Source: Pseudovirgaria hyperparasitica
Taxonomy: Eukaryota
Length of the DNA stretch: 64,000 nt
Reading direction: 5' to 3' (one strand)
NCBI GenBank assembly: GCA_010093815.1
Contig: ML996567.1
Shown here: positions 53,271 through 64,000 of the stretch, piece by piece
Numbering within the stretch: position 1 is the first letter of the stretch
How the letters are laid out: each line of letters begins with the position of its first letter
Made by a program: the position numbers and the translations under genes
The notes under the pieces: generated by a model
What the model saw: the letters and a program-made list of their open reading frames with translations, nothing else
The model's database searches: none
What the model was told of the DNA's origin: nothing

Positions 53271-54110
53271 CTATGCAGGCGCTCCACCCTGGCCCTCCGC
53301 AAGAATCCTCGACGCGATGACATAGGCAAATATTGCCGCGATGATGATAGGCCATTTGTTTCGTCCAAGCCAGCCTTGTCCAGCTTCTCTTGCTACGTGG
53401 CCACCTTCGACAACAGCCCCTAAGCCGGTGCCCGAGGCGCCTAGTCGCCTACGTAGAGCAGCAGCCTCAGGAGAGCAATTCGCTTCGTTCGGATTAGTGA
53501 TGATACCAGTGGCGGGGTCGATGTTTTGCTCTTTTATCATTTTCCAATTCTCCTCGTCCAGCTCCGGCCACTCCTTACGAAATTTGGCACCACCGTCGCC
53601 GTTCTTGATAGCACCGTTACCTGCGTTATTGGAGGATTTGACGCCTGTCAGAGTACGTCCACTCGAACCACCACCAGTTGAGTTCCACCATCTAGAGCGC
53701 TGTGCAAAGATCTTGCGCTCGTGGTCTGATGCCCTCACACTTCCTGTCGTCATCTCTTCACTCGTCATGAAGCTTTGTAGGCCAAGCAAGATCGTCGACA
53801 CCTCCCAGGCAGGGTTGAACGACTTTGGGTGAAAGTCTGAGATGCTGAGACACAGTCTGGTTGAAGGCTGGAATCGGCCGCTCGGAGTATGCATTCGGAT
53901 GGCAGGTGGCGCGAAGGGATAGTCGTGTGGGAAGACGAGAGTGCCCCAGTATTGCCCATGCTCATACGGGGTCTTGGGCGGACCAGTGATGATGTAATGC
54001 CACTCGAGGATATTCTGATCGGAGGGATGTGCCACAATGTAAGGAGGCGGGTTTTGCGCGATGGTCTTGTATTCTTTGGTGAGTCTTCTGGTTGCGGCGG
54101 AGCTTGCCAT
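53271..54110 (-). CDS. UBC6: ER-anchored ubiquitin-conjugating enzyme E2 (Ubc6), intronless
   Basis: RRLTKEY, YPFAPPAIRMHTPSGRF, RLCLSISDFHP, WEVSTIL, C-terminal transmembrane anchor. Confidence 0.96.
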   Translation of the reverse strand: MASSAATRRLTKEYKTIAQNPPPYIVAHPSDQNILEWHYIITGPPKTPYEHGQYWGTLVFPHDYPFAPPAIRMHTPSGRFQPSTRLCLSISDFHPKSFNPAWEVSTILLGLQSFMTSEEMTTGSVRASDHERKIFAQRSRWWNSTGGGSSGRTLTGVKSSNNAGNGAIKNGDGGAKFRKEWPELDEENWKMIKEQNIDPATGIITNPNEANCSPEAAALRRRLGASGTGLGAVVEGGHVAREAGQGWLGRNKWPIIIAAIFAYVIASRILAEGQGGAPA

Positions 54111-54472
54111 CTCGAGTGTGTGTATGTAGATGTGGTATGCGTGAGCAAAGGAGCGAGATCTGGTTTTGCAGAAAGCAGATATGTAGTAAATTATACTGTG
54201 TAAGACGAGTCTGTCGTGAAAAGAGAAGTGAATATATTTAAACTCGAGGTGATTGTGTGGTCTTTACGGAGGGCGGCGGAATGTGGTGGGATGTGAAAGA
54301 GGACGAGTTTCCGGCCCAGCGGTGATGGACTGGGATCTGGGCATTCATTGAACTAGTTAGGTTTAGTCTTGGCAACCGCAGCCTGCAGGTGAACGTTCCG
54401 TGCAAAGCTCTACCTGGGCCTGGGCTAGCCAGCAACAATTGTAATTGTTATTCCGGTCGCGCGAAAGCTGCG

Positions 54473-56094
54473 ATGGCCTCTCAATCAGACGACGATGTAA
54501 GTTATTGGTAGTCCGCAAATGTTCTCAATCATCTGACGCCGTCGTAGGTCTTCGAGAAGTTGAAGCGAAAAACTGACGAGAAAGAGCTGGCACAACAGAG
54601 GGCAGAGTCAGAGGCAAGGGTCCGCTCTGTGCAAGCGAAATCTGGACAGAGAAATGCTGAGCTTGTATGCCATTCTGTCGTTGTATATCGCAAGTTCATA
54701 GCTGATTGAAAAGCTAGATTGGCTCCAACTCGACTTTACCAGTCACAATCTCCTCGATTGAAGTCCTACAAGCACAACACACGAGGAGGGGTTTCCTAGA
54801 GCGCATATTCAATCCGATACTGCACAAGAATCGCGATGGCTCTACGCTCAATGATGCACTCGTTGATATGGGCTCCGCGTACCGTACTCTTCAGAAGTTC
54901 GACATTTTCCAGGAGCCTATTGCAATGTACTACGATAAGCCAGACAAGACAGACCCGTCTACCTCGGCAACCGATCTCGCCGTATACTTCTATGCCAAAG
55001 AAAAGTCACGATACACTATTAATACTGGTACAGAAGCTGGCCACGACGAGGGTTCTGCTTTCCTGAATGTAATCCTGCGTAATCTTTTTGGCGGCGCCGA
55101 GTCATTCAATGCACACGCATCCATCGGCACGCGGACACGATCGTCGTACTCTGCAAACTTCGAAACTCCAATCCTCAGTAACCCAGACTTGAAATGGGAG
55201 GTTGGGGGACTTGCTAGCTCGACGATCAAATCGTTCGCCAGTCACGAAGAGCTCCTCAAAGGCGGCTCGACGAAGCTAAAATACCTTACGCCTGGAGGTC
55301 ATAGGCATGAGTTTGGTTATTCAGGATACTGGAGACAGTTGACGGGACTAGCTGAGGGTGCCTCACCATCAGTAAGACAAGATGCAGGGGATAGTTTCAA
55401 GTCCAGTATACACCATACATGGATCAACGAGCGGCGAGACAATCCTCTCATGCCATCAAAGGGATACTTGATCAAAACAGTCGCCGAGATAGCTGGTCTT
55501 GGCGCCCTAAAAGGAGATGTAGCTTTCACAAAGTTGGAAGCTGAGACAGCTGCGGCTATTCCATTACCTGCCGGTATCTCATTCACTGCTGGCCTGAGAG
55601 GTGGCGTCTTATATCCTCTCACACTCGCTGGACAACAGTCGCCATCCCAATCACGGCTCAATGATCGATTTCAGCTGGGAGGTCCCACCGATGTACGAGG
55701 ATTTCGCCTCGGTGGACTTGGACCCCGTGATGGTACTGACTCAATCGGCGGAGATGTCTACGCAGCTGGTGGCGCAAGTTTACTGTTTCCGATCCCGAAG
55801 TTAGGTCCTGAGAGCCCGATTCGTCTACAAGCCTTCATAAACGGTGGTCGGCTACTTGGTCTTCAATCGCCGAAAAGCGATGAGCCTTTAGACAGCCAAG
55901 CGGTATCGAAATGTGTCAAGTCAACCATCGCAGAACTCCAGAATGGCATCCCGAGTTGTGCGGCAGGCTTGGGCTTAGTCTATGCCCACCCTGTTGCCAG
56001 ATTTGAGCTCAACTTCTCTCTGCCGTTGTATATACGAAAAGGTGAGGAGGGAAGAAAAGGACTTCAATTTGGCGTCGGTGTCAGCTTCTTGTAG
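54473..56094 (+). CDS. SAM50: SAM complex beta-barrel subunit Sam50/Tob55 (Omp85 family)
   Basis: Two short 5' exons, then LPVTISSIEV, RNLFGGAE, DRFQLGGPTDVRGF, GLVYAHPVARFELNF, GLQFGVGVSFL*. Confidence 0.96.
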
Positions 56095-56665
56095 GGATTG
56101 TGTAACATCACGTAGACTTAGCGACGACGACGGCACTGTATACTGAATATAAAGCTCCATACCGGGCAATTTTCGATGAATACATGCGTATAGGGATGTC
56201 CTGCAGCACGTTCTTATCCTGTCCATTCTATTTAGAGGCATGAAGCCTGTCGAGGATTTACACCGCCTACATAGGTACCCACCCCACGTCAGCTAAGTTC
56301 TCATCAATTGTCATTCTTGATCACCTGTGTTGCACAGAGTGATCACAACTAAAATAGCAGGAATTTATCTCTCTAAAGCAGGCGCCGTGCTCGATGTCAG
56401 GCGTGACAGACGACGATCTTTTGCGGGGATCGCCGTTGCAACGGTGCCATCTGGTCCATACTCCCAAGGATCCTGTTCTTCACATCTCTATAGTCATACA
56501 GAGTCCTACAGTCTAACTTGTCTTTGTACGGGCTGCGAAGTATATATCTATCTAAGGATCATCCCGTGGAAGCATTTAAGTTGGAGCATCTGCCCGCTTC
56601 ATCAGACCTATATCCGAGCCCAACAGAGAGCATCATCACATCAATCCTGGCATCTCCACAACGCA

Positions 56666-57246
56666 ATGCTTGCCTTCACGTTTTCACTCTCGCTCCTGAG
56701 TATGACTAGTCTCGTATATGCAGCACCAGCGCCACCCTTGAGCCCGCCAGCTTTCTACTTGGTCACCACGGCACAAAATGCAGCTAAATCACCATCATCA
56801 CAACTCGCGGAGGTCTCTGCGCTGTCCCTATTCGATCCGTTCTCGCAACCAAACTACTTGGTGCGGACCATCGAAGCTGGCTACGGCTCTCTCCCAGCAT
56901 TCACGCTGACGAAAGGCCGACTTCATACAACCAGCCTAGGACCTCATGGAATAGGCACATTTGTATTCAATTCCACTGATATAGGAGACGATACGGAGCT
57001 CCAGTTTGTTGCGGATGCAGAGAGTACGAAAGGCAGGTTGGCGTTGTACAAGGGTTACTTGCTCACTGTGGCTGGGGATAACGGGGGCTGGACGATCTGT
57101 CCTGGGGTTTTGGGCCAGGATGTGGTGAGTGCACTGTCGGTGTTTGAAGAACCTTGATGGACTGATGATTGCAGATCAAGTGGAGAGGGACTGCTACGGG
57201 CTGTAGGAAGACATATGTCCATGCTGTGAGAGATGCGCCGTATTAG
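56666..57246 (+). CDS. Small secreted hypothetical protein (2 exons)
   Basis: Signal peptide MLAFTFSLSLLSMTSLVYA-AP; WTICPGVLGQDV/IKWRGTATGCRKTYVHAVRDAPY*; two Cys. Confidence 0.8.
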
Positions 57247-58066
57247 GCTCGTCAATCGAGCAGAATCATTCTGATGTCCGGAGATGCAAGCACTTGGATA
57301 TGTCGTGCCTCTGAAAGGTTTCGACCGTTCAAACCTTACCACAACTCAGGACGATATTTGGCTAGATACAAAACGTGCTCAACGTAGACTTACCCTTTCA
57401 GCTTCTAGGTCGAGATCGCACTTTTCATCTCAAGCAACGAAGGATCCGCAATATAGGACATAATTAAGCATAGCATAGAACGAATAATGAGAATGCTTGA
57501 CCAAAACTAGATGACTTGGAGCAAGTCTATATTTATTTTCAATACTATTCGGTGTATTAAGAACTTAGTGGCAGAGTCTCTTATACAAAATCTTACCCTC
57601 TTCCAAGCTTAGCATAGGTGATAGGTGTGAAGTTTGTTTCGTGCTCATGGCTCACTCCACTGCTACCAATAAGCTTGAAGCTAGATCTATCTTATTTGTT
57701 TAGGAGGTGCATTAGTGTAGGATTCTAGTATATGGTGCTGACCATGATAAGAGACAAGCCAAACCACCTAGTATCGCGGATACGATTTCAATTTGATACT
57801 GGGCTTTTCTGTGGCGGTGTTTAGAAGATTATAGCTTATCGCACGGATCCATACCTACACGTGACTCAGTGAAGACGTCACTGTTTGTGACGATTCATCT
57901 ATGTAAGGCAGGGGCAAGCTCCGAGTTCCTACCTACACCAATCCATCCATTGTAGAGCATCCGTTCGCTTTCTCAATTCCATTATTTGAGCTATTGCCAG
58001 CCACAAACCTCATCTACCAGAGCACTTCATTGCTTATACCTAAGACTCAAGACTCCTTCAGCCAGT

Positions 58067-58495
58067 ATGTCCTTTTCACGACAAGTCCTCAACAGGAGCT
58101 CCAATTTTCGTGCCTACCTCCGGCCCTTCCCCCGAACCACCATCCAGCCTTACCAAGCACGTTTCGCAAGCAGTGACTATGGCAGCGGTGATGGCGACCC
58201 TGCCGGTGAAAAGCCCCAGGAGCAAGGCAAGAGCAAAGCGACACGCGATCGAGAGCACCCAGGTCCCTCAGCGCCCGACGTCGGGCAGACAAACAAATCT
58301 GCATCAGGCACGGAGGCTAAGCAAGATGATCAGAGAAGCCCGAATGCCAATGCAGAAGTCCAGGGCAAGAAGCCAAAGATCACGCACGAGCCGCATCCGC
58401 AGCAGGACGAGAGTGTCAAGGAGCATAACGACGAGGTCGAGCGGAGGAAGGAGAGGATGGGGCAGAGCAAGCATGCGCATAACGCCAACGAGTGA
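58067..58495 (+). CDS. Small hydrophilic protein with a mitochondrial-type presequence
   Basis: MSFSRQVLNRSSNFRAYLRPF..ARFASSDYGSGDGDPAGEKPQEQG..REHPGPSAPDVG..VKEHNDE. Confidence 0.75.
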   Translation: MSFSRQVLNRSSNFRAYLRPFPRTTIQPYQARFASSDYGSGDGDPAGEKPQEQGKSKATRDREHPGPSAPDVGQTNKSASGTEAKQDDQRSPNANAEVQGKKPKITHEPHPQQDESVKEHNDEVERRKERMGQSKHAHNANE

Positions 58496-59289
58496 AGAGG
58501 AGATGCACTTGCTGTCGGGCTAGGCAGTGTTGAGGTTGCGCTTGGGAGATGATTTGATACATGTATGCGGCTTGCATTCTTGACGGACTCCGGTTTTCAT
58601 GCTACCACATCCCACAGAACAATAGCAATGGAATCTCGTGCATGATAGCAGTCGCCGTGGCCCTTGCAAAATTCAGTCTTCCTTACAAGGTATCGCACAT
58701 GTCAAATTCTCGCTTTTTTTTTCAAGGCACCAGGACCCAGCATGTGAAGTCCGAGGGCAGTGACATCACTACTATCACCAACCTAGCTAGGTATTGTGAT
58801 TGCGGCGCGTGCGCGTGCCAGGGCGTTCTGTACGCGGGCGCTAATATATTACTAGCCAGGTAGCTGTTACATATAAGGTTAGCAGATCGTGGGGACAAGC
58901 AGCAATGGCATTCGCTGAACTACCATCTCGCGCTCGGAGACCCATCGTCGATTTCAGCTTTCGTGGCGGCAGCAAAGAGATTTGGTCCTTTTCAGTAGTG
59001 CCTGAGAACTGTTTACAGAGGTTGCCTGCTTGGTGTATGTAGGGCGGCGATGGAGTGAAGCAATCTGTAGATGACGCAGACAAACAGACAATCACACAAT
59101 CACATAACCGAAGACTTGCTGATCAAGTAACCAGTTGTAGTTGTAGTTGTACTTATCCCGGACTAATTATGTTGAAGGTCAAGAATGAAAAAAGTCCTGC
59201 TGGGCCTGGGTGGTGTAGTGCAGGCGTGACAGGCGCTAGTCCCTAAACAGACGGAAGGGAGGAGCTTGGACGCTCTGCACGCACGATGA

Positions 59290-59296
59290 ACGTCAT
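59290..59296 (-). promoter_or_regulatory. ATGACGT (Atf1-Pcr1/M26-type CRE) upstream of the ish1-like gene
   Basis: Exact heptamer on the minus strand ~170 bp before ATG 59464. Consistent with known stress/Atf1 regulation of S. pombe ish1. Confidence 0.35.
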
Positions 59297-59463
59297 AACT
59301 CTGTAGCTGGCAGGGCAACTTTTCGTTGCTTACCTCCACCTCTCTTTCTCCTTCACACTTCTCCTACTCCTCATTCTCTTCATCATCCACCTCCACTCCA
59401 GTCGTTGCCTGTCCATTACTTACATTCCACTGCTAATCCAGTCTCAAACCACAACTACACACA

Positions 59464-60847
59464 ATGAAGTTCACGCTCTTGTCTACCCTCGTGGTAGGAC
59501 TCGCAGCTACCTCCTCAGCCAGTCTGTTTGGAGGCGCTAGAGACCTTGGTAGGTTCTCTTTACTTGGCTTTGCGAGACGCCTTTTGGCTGACTTAAACTT
59601 GTAGCTTACAACAAGTACCATGAGAATGAGCTTGAGCGATGGTTGAGGGACCACAATGTCCCCGTTCCAACCCCAGCAGATCGCAAAAACCTATTGAACA
59701 GCGTAAAGGAAAATTGGGACAACAACGTCGTACGCCCATACAACAGCTGGTCGGTCGATCAGTCCCAACAGTACCTCAAGTCAAAGGGTATCGAGGTAAA
59801 GAAGGGCACCGAGAAGAACAAGGATGCTCTTCTAGCTCAAATCAAGTCATCCTGGCAAGAGTCTGAGGCTCAGGCCTCAACTGCCTACGCTGATGTAAAG
59901 TCATGGATCTTTGATACGTAAGTCGTTCTGTCTATACCTAGAAATGGCAGGGTCTAACTGTCAACAGCTGGACTGAGTCTCAACTCAAGGCATTTGCCGA
60001 CAAGCATGGCATACCCGTGCCGCAACCTCGCACTCGTGACTCTCTTTTGAAGGTTGTTCGTGAGAACTCGCAAGCCGCTGCCGAGAAGATTGGTGAGACA
60101 ATGTCCTACCCTGGTGACTGGATCTACGACAGCTGGTCCACCTCTGATCTTAAGGCTTGGTTCGATGCCCGTGGTTACCCAGTTCCCCAGCCCTCTGGCC
60201 GCGACAAGCTCATCGCTTCGCTTCGCAAGAACTCTCGACAAGCTTCTCTGAGCGCTCAATCAGCAGCTGCCTCTGCTTCTGCCTCTGCCGCCTCTGCCAC
60301 CGAGAGCCTCTCTGAAGCACTCCTCAATTCCTGGAGCGACAGTGACCTAAAGGCCTGGTTCGACAAGAATGGCATCAAAGTTCCCCAAGGTTCCAGGCGC
60401 AACGATCTTGTTGCTCTCGCACGAAAGCACAGTGCTAAGCTCACTGGTGATCAAGCCACTCAAAAGGCTTCAAGCGCTTTCCACGCCGCCACCACGTCTG
60501 CTGGCAATGAGTATGCTCAGGCTACCAACAACGCTTACGACTACGGCAACTTCGCCTACTCTAACCTCTGGAGCTACGTTGAGTGGGCCCAGGATCAGCT
60601 CGGTCTCCTTTCCGATGAGGCCAAGTCTAGTGCCGTCAGTGCTCGCTCTGCTGCATCCTCTAGTGCGTCTTCCTTGGCCTCGGTTGCTTCTAAGAGCTCC
60701 TCCAGCGCTTCAGTTCAAGCATCCAAATCAGCCGTGAAGCAAGGCAAGAAGGCTGCAGATGGCGCCACAGAAGCTGCCACCTCTGCCAAGAACCGCGTCG
60801 GCGAGGCTGCTCAGAAGGCTACCGACTATATCAAGGAGGAGTTGTAA
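59464..60847 (+). CDS. ish1: Ish1/Msc1-family stress-response nuclear-envelope protein
   Basis: Signal peptide, then repeated Ish1 units: YNKYHENELERWLRDHNVP, WIFDT/WTESQLKAF, WSTSDLKAWFD, WSDSDLKAWFDKNGI; ends KEEL*. Confidence 0.88.
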
Positions 60848-62338
60848 ATGCTGAAACTGAGACTTTAGCGACAAGACGTTGCCGAAAGGAGCTGATATCG
60901 GAACAGGAGGTTGTTGTCGATGGTTGTGTTCTTTCCCACCTGTACCACCAATGGCGATGATGATGATGATGCTACGAATCGGGCTAAACCTCGGAGGCTG
61001 ATCCGAGAATTGCGATACTGTTTACTTTGGGCGAAGAATGCTTCTGACGGCTGGCTATTTCCATGGGTGCTTGAAGAAGAAAAATGCGACGATGGGTGCT
61101 TGGTATGGATGCTATGGAACTATGGGGGACTCTTGATGTTTCTATTGACGGGAAACTTGTTGTGTATCCGTCACAGATTCGAGGGACTGTCCATGGGCTG
61201 GTTAAGCTGCCTCACTAGATAGCAAGGCATACCATTCTAATATAGTAGCCAATGCCAAGCCTTTGTTAATGTGTGCACATCTATGGATGAGGTGATTCTC
61301 ATATCTGTGAGCAGCTTGTGAACATGCGCTTGAATGTGTATCTAAAGCGCAGCTTAGTAGGAGGCTAAAGCAGCGAGTCGCGATCTCCGTGAAGGGAAAG
61401 GATAGTATATGGAATGTGGCGCCAACGTGCCGTGTGTGGACGGTCCAGCATTCTCGGTCTTCTTGATCTGCTTCTGTGTGTCTCTCTGCTTATGCTTCCT
61501 CGGTCGCGTTTCTTCACAGGTCGCGGCGCCAACGTTGTCTGTCGTCATACTCAACATCACCAGCCGTGCCGTCTTCTGGCGGGATGACGATGGTGCTGAG
61601 ATCGTGGAGTTGAAGCAAGTCATTACCAGAAAAGTGGATGATAGGAAGCAGTAGGGTTGACGGAGCGAAAGTCTAAATGGATTGTCCAGAACAGTGGCGC
61701 CGGCCCCTGATGTCAACAGGGATTGGGGCGGGGAATGTGGGTGCGGGTACCTTTACTGTAGGTAAGAAAGGGGGCATGGTTGGATGGATGGATGGATGAG
61801 TGAATGGTCCACAATAACAGCAGTAGTACTGTACTTAGCTTACTTGGTTCTTTTGATGCTCACCGTATCGTAGGCCACCATGCAATGCAGTGCCACGACA
61901 CGAGTGCTATATTCACACAGTGTCCAGTCTCCAGTGTCCAGTGTCTCAGGGTCACACCATCAATCAGCCATATACCAGACATCTGCCTGCTGCACGCCTT
62001 TTGCCTCATTAGTTGTTACCTTGGATATTACCTTACTAAACAGGCTTTCAGCCATCACCCAAGTAATTAATTATCAAGGTTCCCGACTTCTGGTAGCTCC
62101 GAGCCTCCGTCGCCCGCGCACGGCAGCCAAAATAGCCTTACAACTGCTAGCGGCCCGACTGCTGCACCGCTCCCAATCCCCGGCCACCATCACTCTTCTA
62201 TTCGTTGTCACTCTCTCCCTCCCACACTGACTGTACATCTCCACCACACCCTCAGCTCTCGCCCCGTCCTGGAGCAGACGCAGTCTCCCTCTTCCGTCTC
62301 CCGACTGTCACGCGTCATTCCTGTCGCCGCCGGCATAA

Positions 62339-64000
62339 ATGGCCCCTTATGCCGACGACGACTACGAACACGCTGATCACCATCGTCCTAGACGACGCAA
62401 ACATCGCTCCTCTCACAGAGAATCCTCACACAGCTACGAGAGAGAAAGAGATAGGGATAGTTTGAGATACGAGCAGCCCGACCTGCCAGAGCTGAGAAGA
62501 GCTAGAGTGCAATACTACGACCGCGATTCGGATCAGCACAGACGTCGACATTCCAGAGACCTTGACGAAGTCGAGCGACGCATGGCATACGAGCGGTCAG
62601 TACGGAGGAAACCAAGCGTAAGGCGGATCAAGGTGGTGAGGGAAGATGACATGGACGGACGCCGCCGTCGTTCCAGCAGGAGAGCAGACGATGAATCTAG
62701 AAGCGGTGAACATGTCTACCGCTCCCGAGAGCGCTCCAGAGACAGGAGTGCTGAGGAACCTCGACGCAGGTATACCGTGCGTCATGTCCCGGCCGACAAG
62801 GACTTGAGACGCTCGAAGACTAGAAAGCTTGCTGAAGAAGTCGTCGTTGAAGAAGAGCTTGCTGCGAGGCCTGAGGTTGACGCAAGACCGCATAGAGCTT
62901 CGTCGATTCGCGAGTCGCCGAGGCCGTACATGGCCACGAGGCCGGCAAGACGAAGCACAAGCACCAGGGTAAGGGAAACCGCTCCGGAGGAAGCCCGGAG
63001 TCCGCCACCCACTGTGAGTGCGAGTCCTATGAAGACCAGGCGGCATAGTACGGGGATATTGGGCCTGTTCAGACCAATACCTGCGCCTACTCCTGTAGTG
63101 GAGAGGAGGTTTGTGGCCGAGCTCCCTTATACATGGAGCAATGTGACTAACAATCCTAGGGTTGAATGCGTAGTTTGCTTGCAGGACAGCTCGTATCCTT
63201 TGAAAGCTGCGAAGCTTTCCTGTGGCCATGGCCAATGCCACGAGTGCCTGCGAAGACAATTCTCCCTCTCAGTCAAGGACCCACAACACATGCCTCCACG
63301 ATGCTGTACTGACGAGCACATACCCCTGAAATATGTGGACCGCCTATTCAACGACAAGTTCAAGATGCTGTGGAATCAAAAATATGAGGAGTACACTACC
63401 AAGAACCGCGTCTACTGCCCTTACAGAGATTGCGGACAATGGATCAAACCTTCTAATATCAAGAAAGACTCCACCACTGGACGCATGTACGGAAAGTGTG
63501 GCAGATGCAGGCAGAAAATGTGCGTCAAGTGTAATGGGAAATTCCACACGAAGCGCAACTGCCCGAAAGATGAAGAGACCAAACGTGTCATCGAGATGGC
63601 AAAGGAGAAAGGCTGGCAGCGATGCTACAACTGCAAGACTATGGTCGAGCTCAAAGAGGGCTGCTACCATATGACCTGGTAAGTCACACATGTCGACATA
63701 CGTCTCACGCAGATGTCTCACCCCTGTCCAGCCGCTGCACCGCCCAATTCTGCATGCTCTGCGCCGCGAAATGGAAGACTTGCACCTGCCCGTGGTTCGA
63801 GCACCCCGACCTCGAACCAGCCGAACGCCTCCTGAACATGCAAGTTCCCCATGTCTACCATGTCCCCATCGACACATACCGCCGCCCGCCATCCCCCCCG
63901 ACATCGCAAGCCCAACCCCTCCGCCGCTCAAACACCACTACCTATACGTCCCTTCCACGCCGCTCAAACTCACTGCGCCAGCCCGTGGCACCAACAAATC
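62339..64000 (+). CDS. RBR (RING-IBR-RING) E3 ubiquitin ligase, 3'-truncated by window
   Basis: R/E/S-rich N-terminus; CVVC..CGHGQCHECL..PPRCC; IBR YCPYRDC..CGRC..CVKC..H..C; RING2 CYNC..ELKEGCYHMTC/RCTAQFCMLC. Confidence 0.93.

Noticed and set aside
57350..57850. AT/TpA-rich intergenic patch suggesting a RIP-mutated transposon relic
   Set aside because: CpA and TpG dinucleotides remain common, and no terminal repeats or TE ORF remnants are visible.
61354..61716. ORFs on both strands between ish1 and the RBR gene
   Set aside because: No recognisable motifs or supporting splice structure; cannot be supported as a gene.
63109..63159. Short stop-free in-frame introns (RBR 51 nt; also a ~48-nt one in DBP2 near 38245-38292)
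   Set aside because: Stop-free 3n introns of this length are expected by chance and have canonical signals; the DBP2 one would interrupt a conserved helicase motif if retained.

Overview
Eukaryotic DNA from a filamentous ascomycete (Pezizomycotina), judged from short GT-AG introns with CTRAY branch points and from gene content; no prokaryotic, CRISPR, rRNA, canonical tRNA or intact transposon signal was seen. Two compact gene-dense blocks (1-18.6 kb and 37.2-64 kb) hold about 22 intron-containing, mostly housekeeping genes. Left block: PHD-type protein fragment, hypothetical protein, RIB5, family III CoA-transferase, HMT1, DUF3292, kinesin-6, PPR protein. Right block: DBP2, THI20-like, F-box/LRR, Rad9, RCC1-repeat, DPM3, OXLD1-like, a hypothetical protein, UBC6, SAM50, a secreted protein, a small mitochondrial-type protein, Ish1/Msc1 and an RBR E3 ligase. 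Between them is an ~18.5 kb microsatellite-rich, gene-poor island whose only recognisable CDS is a Con7-family C2H2 transcription factor. The most notable signals are at the RNA level: a long Con7 intron with nested stems and a duplicated pairing element, a structured copy of the DBP2 autoregulatory intron, tandem in-frame DBP2 donors, a stop-free 210-nt kinesin intron, HMT1 micro-exons, two GC-AG introns, and signs of a complex multi-exon Con7 leader with a possibly decayed N-terminal extension. All gene models and base pairings were derived by eye. Family names come from recalled motifs, not database searches.
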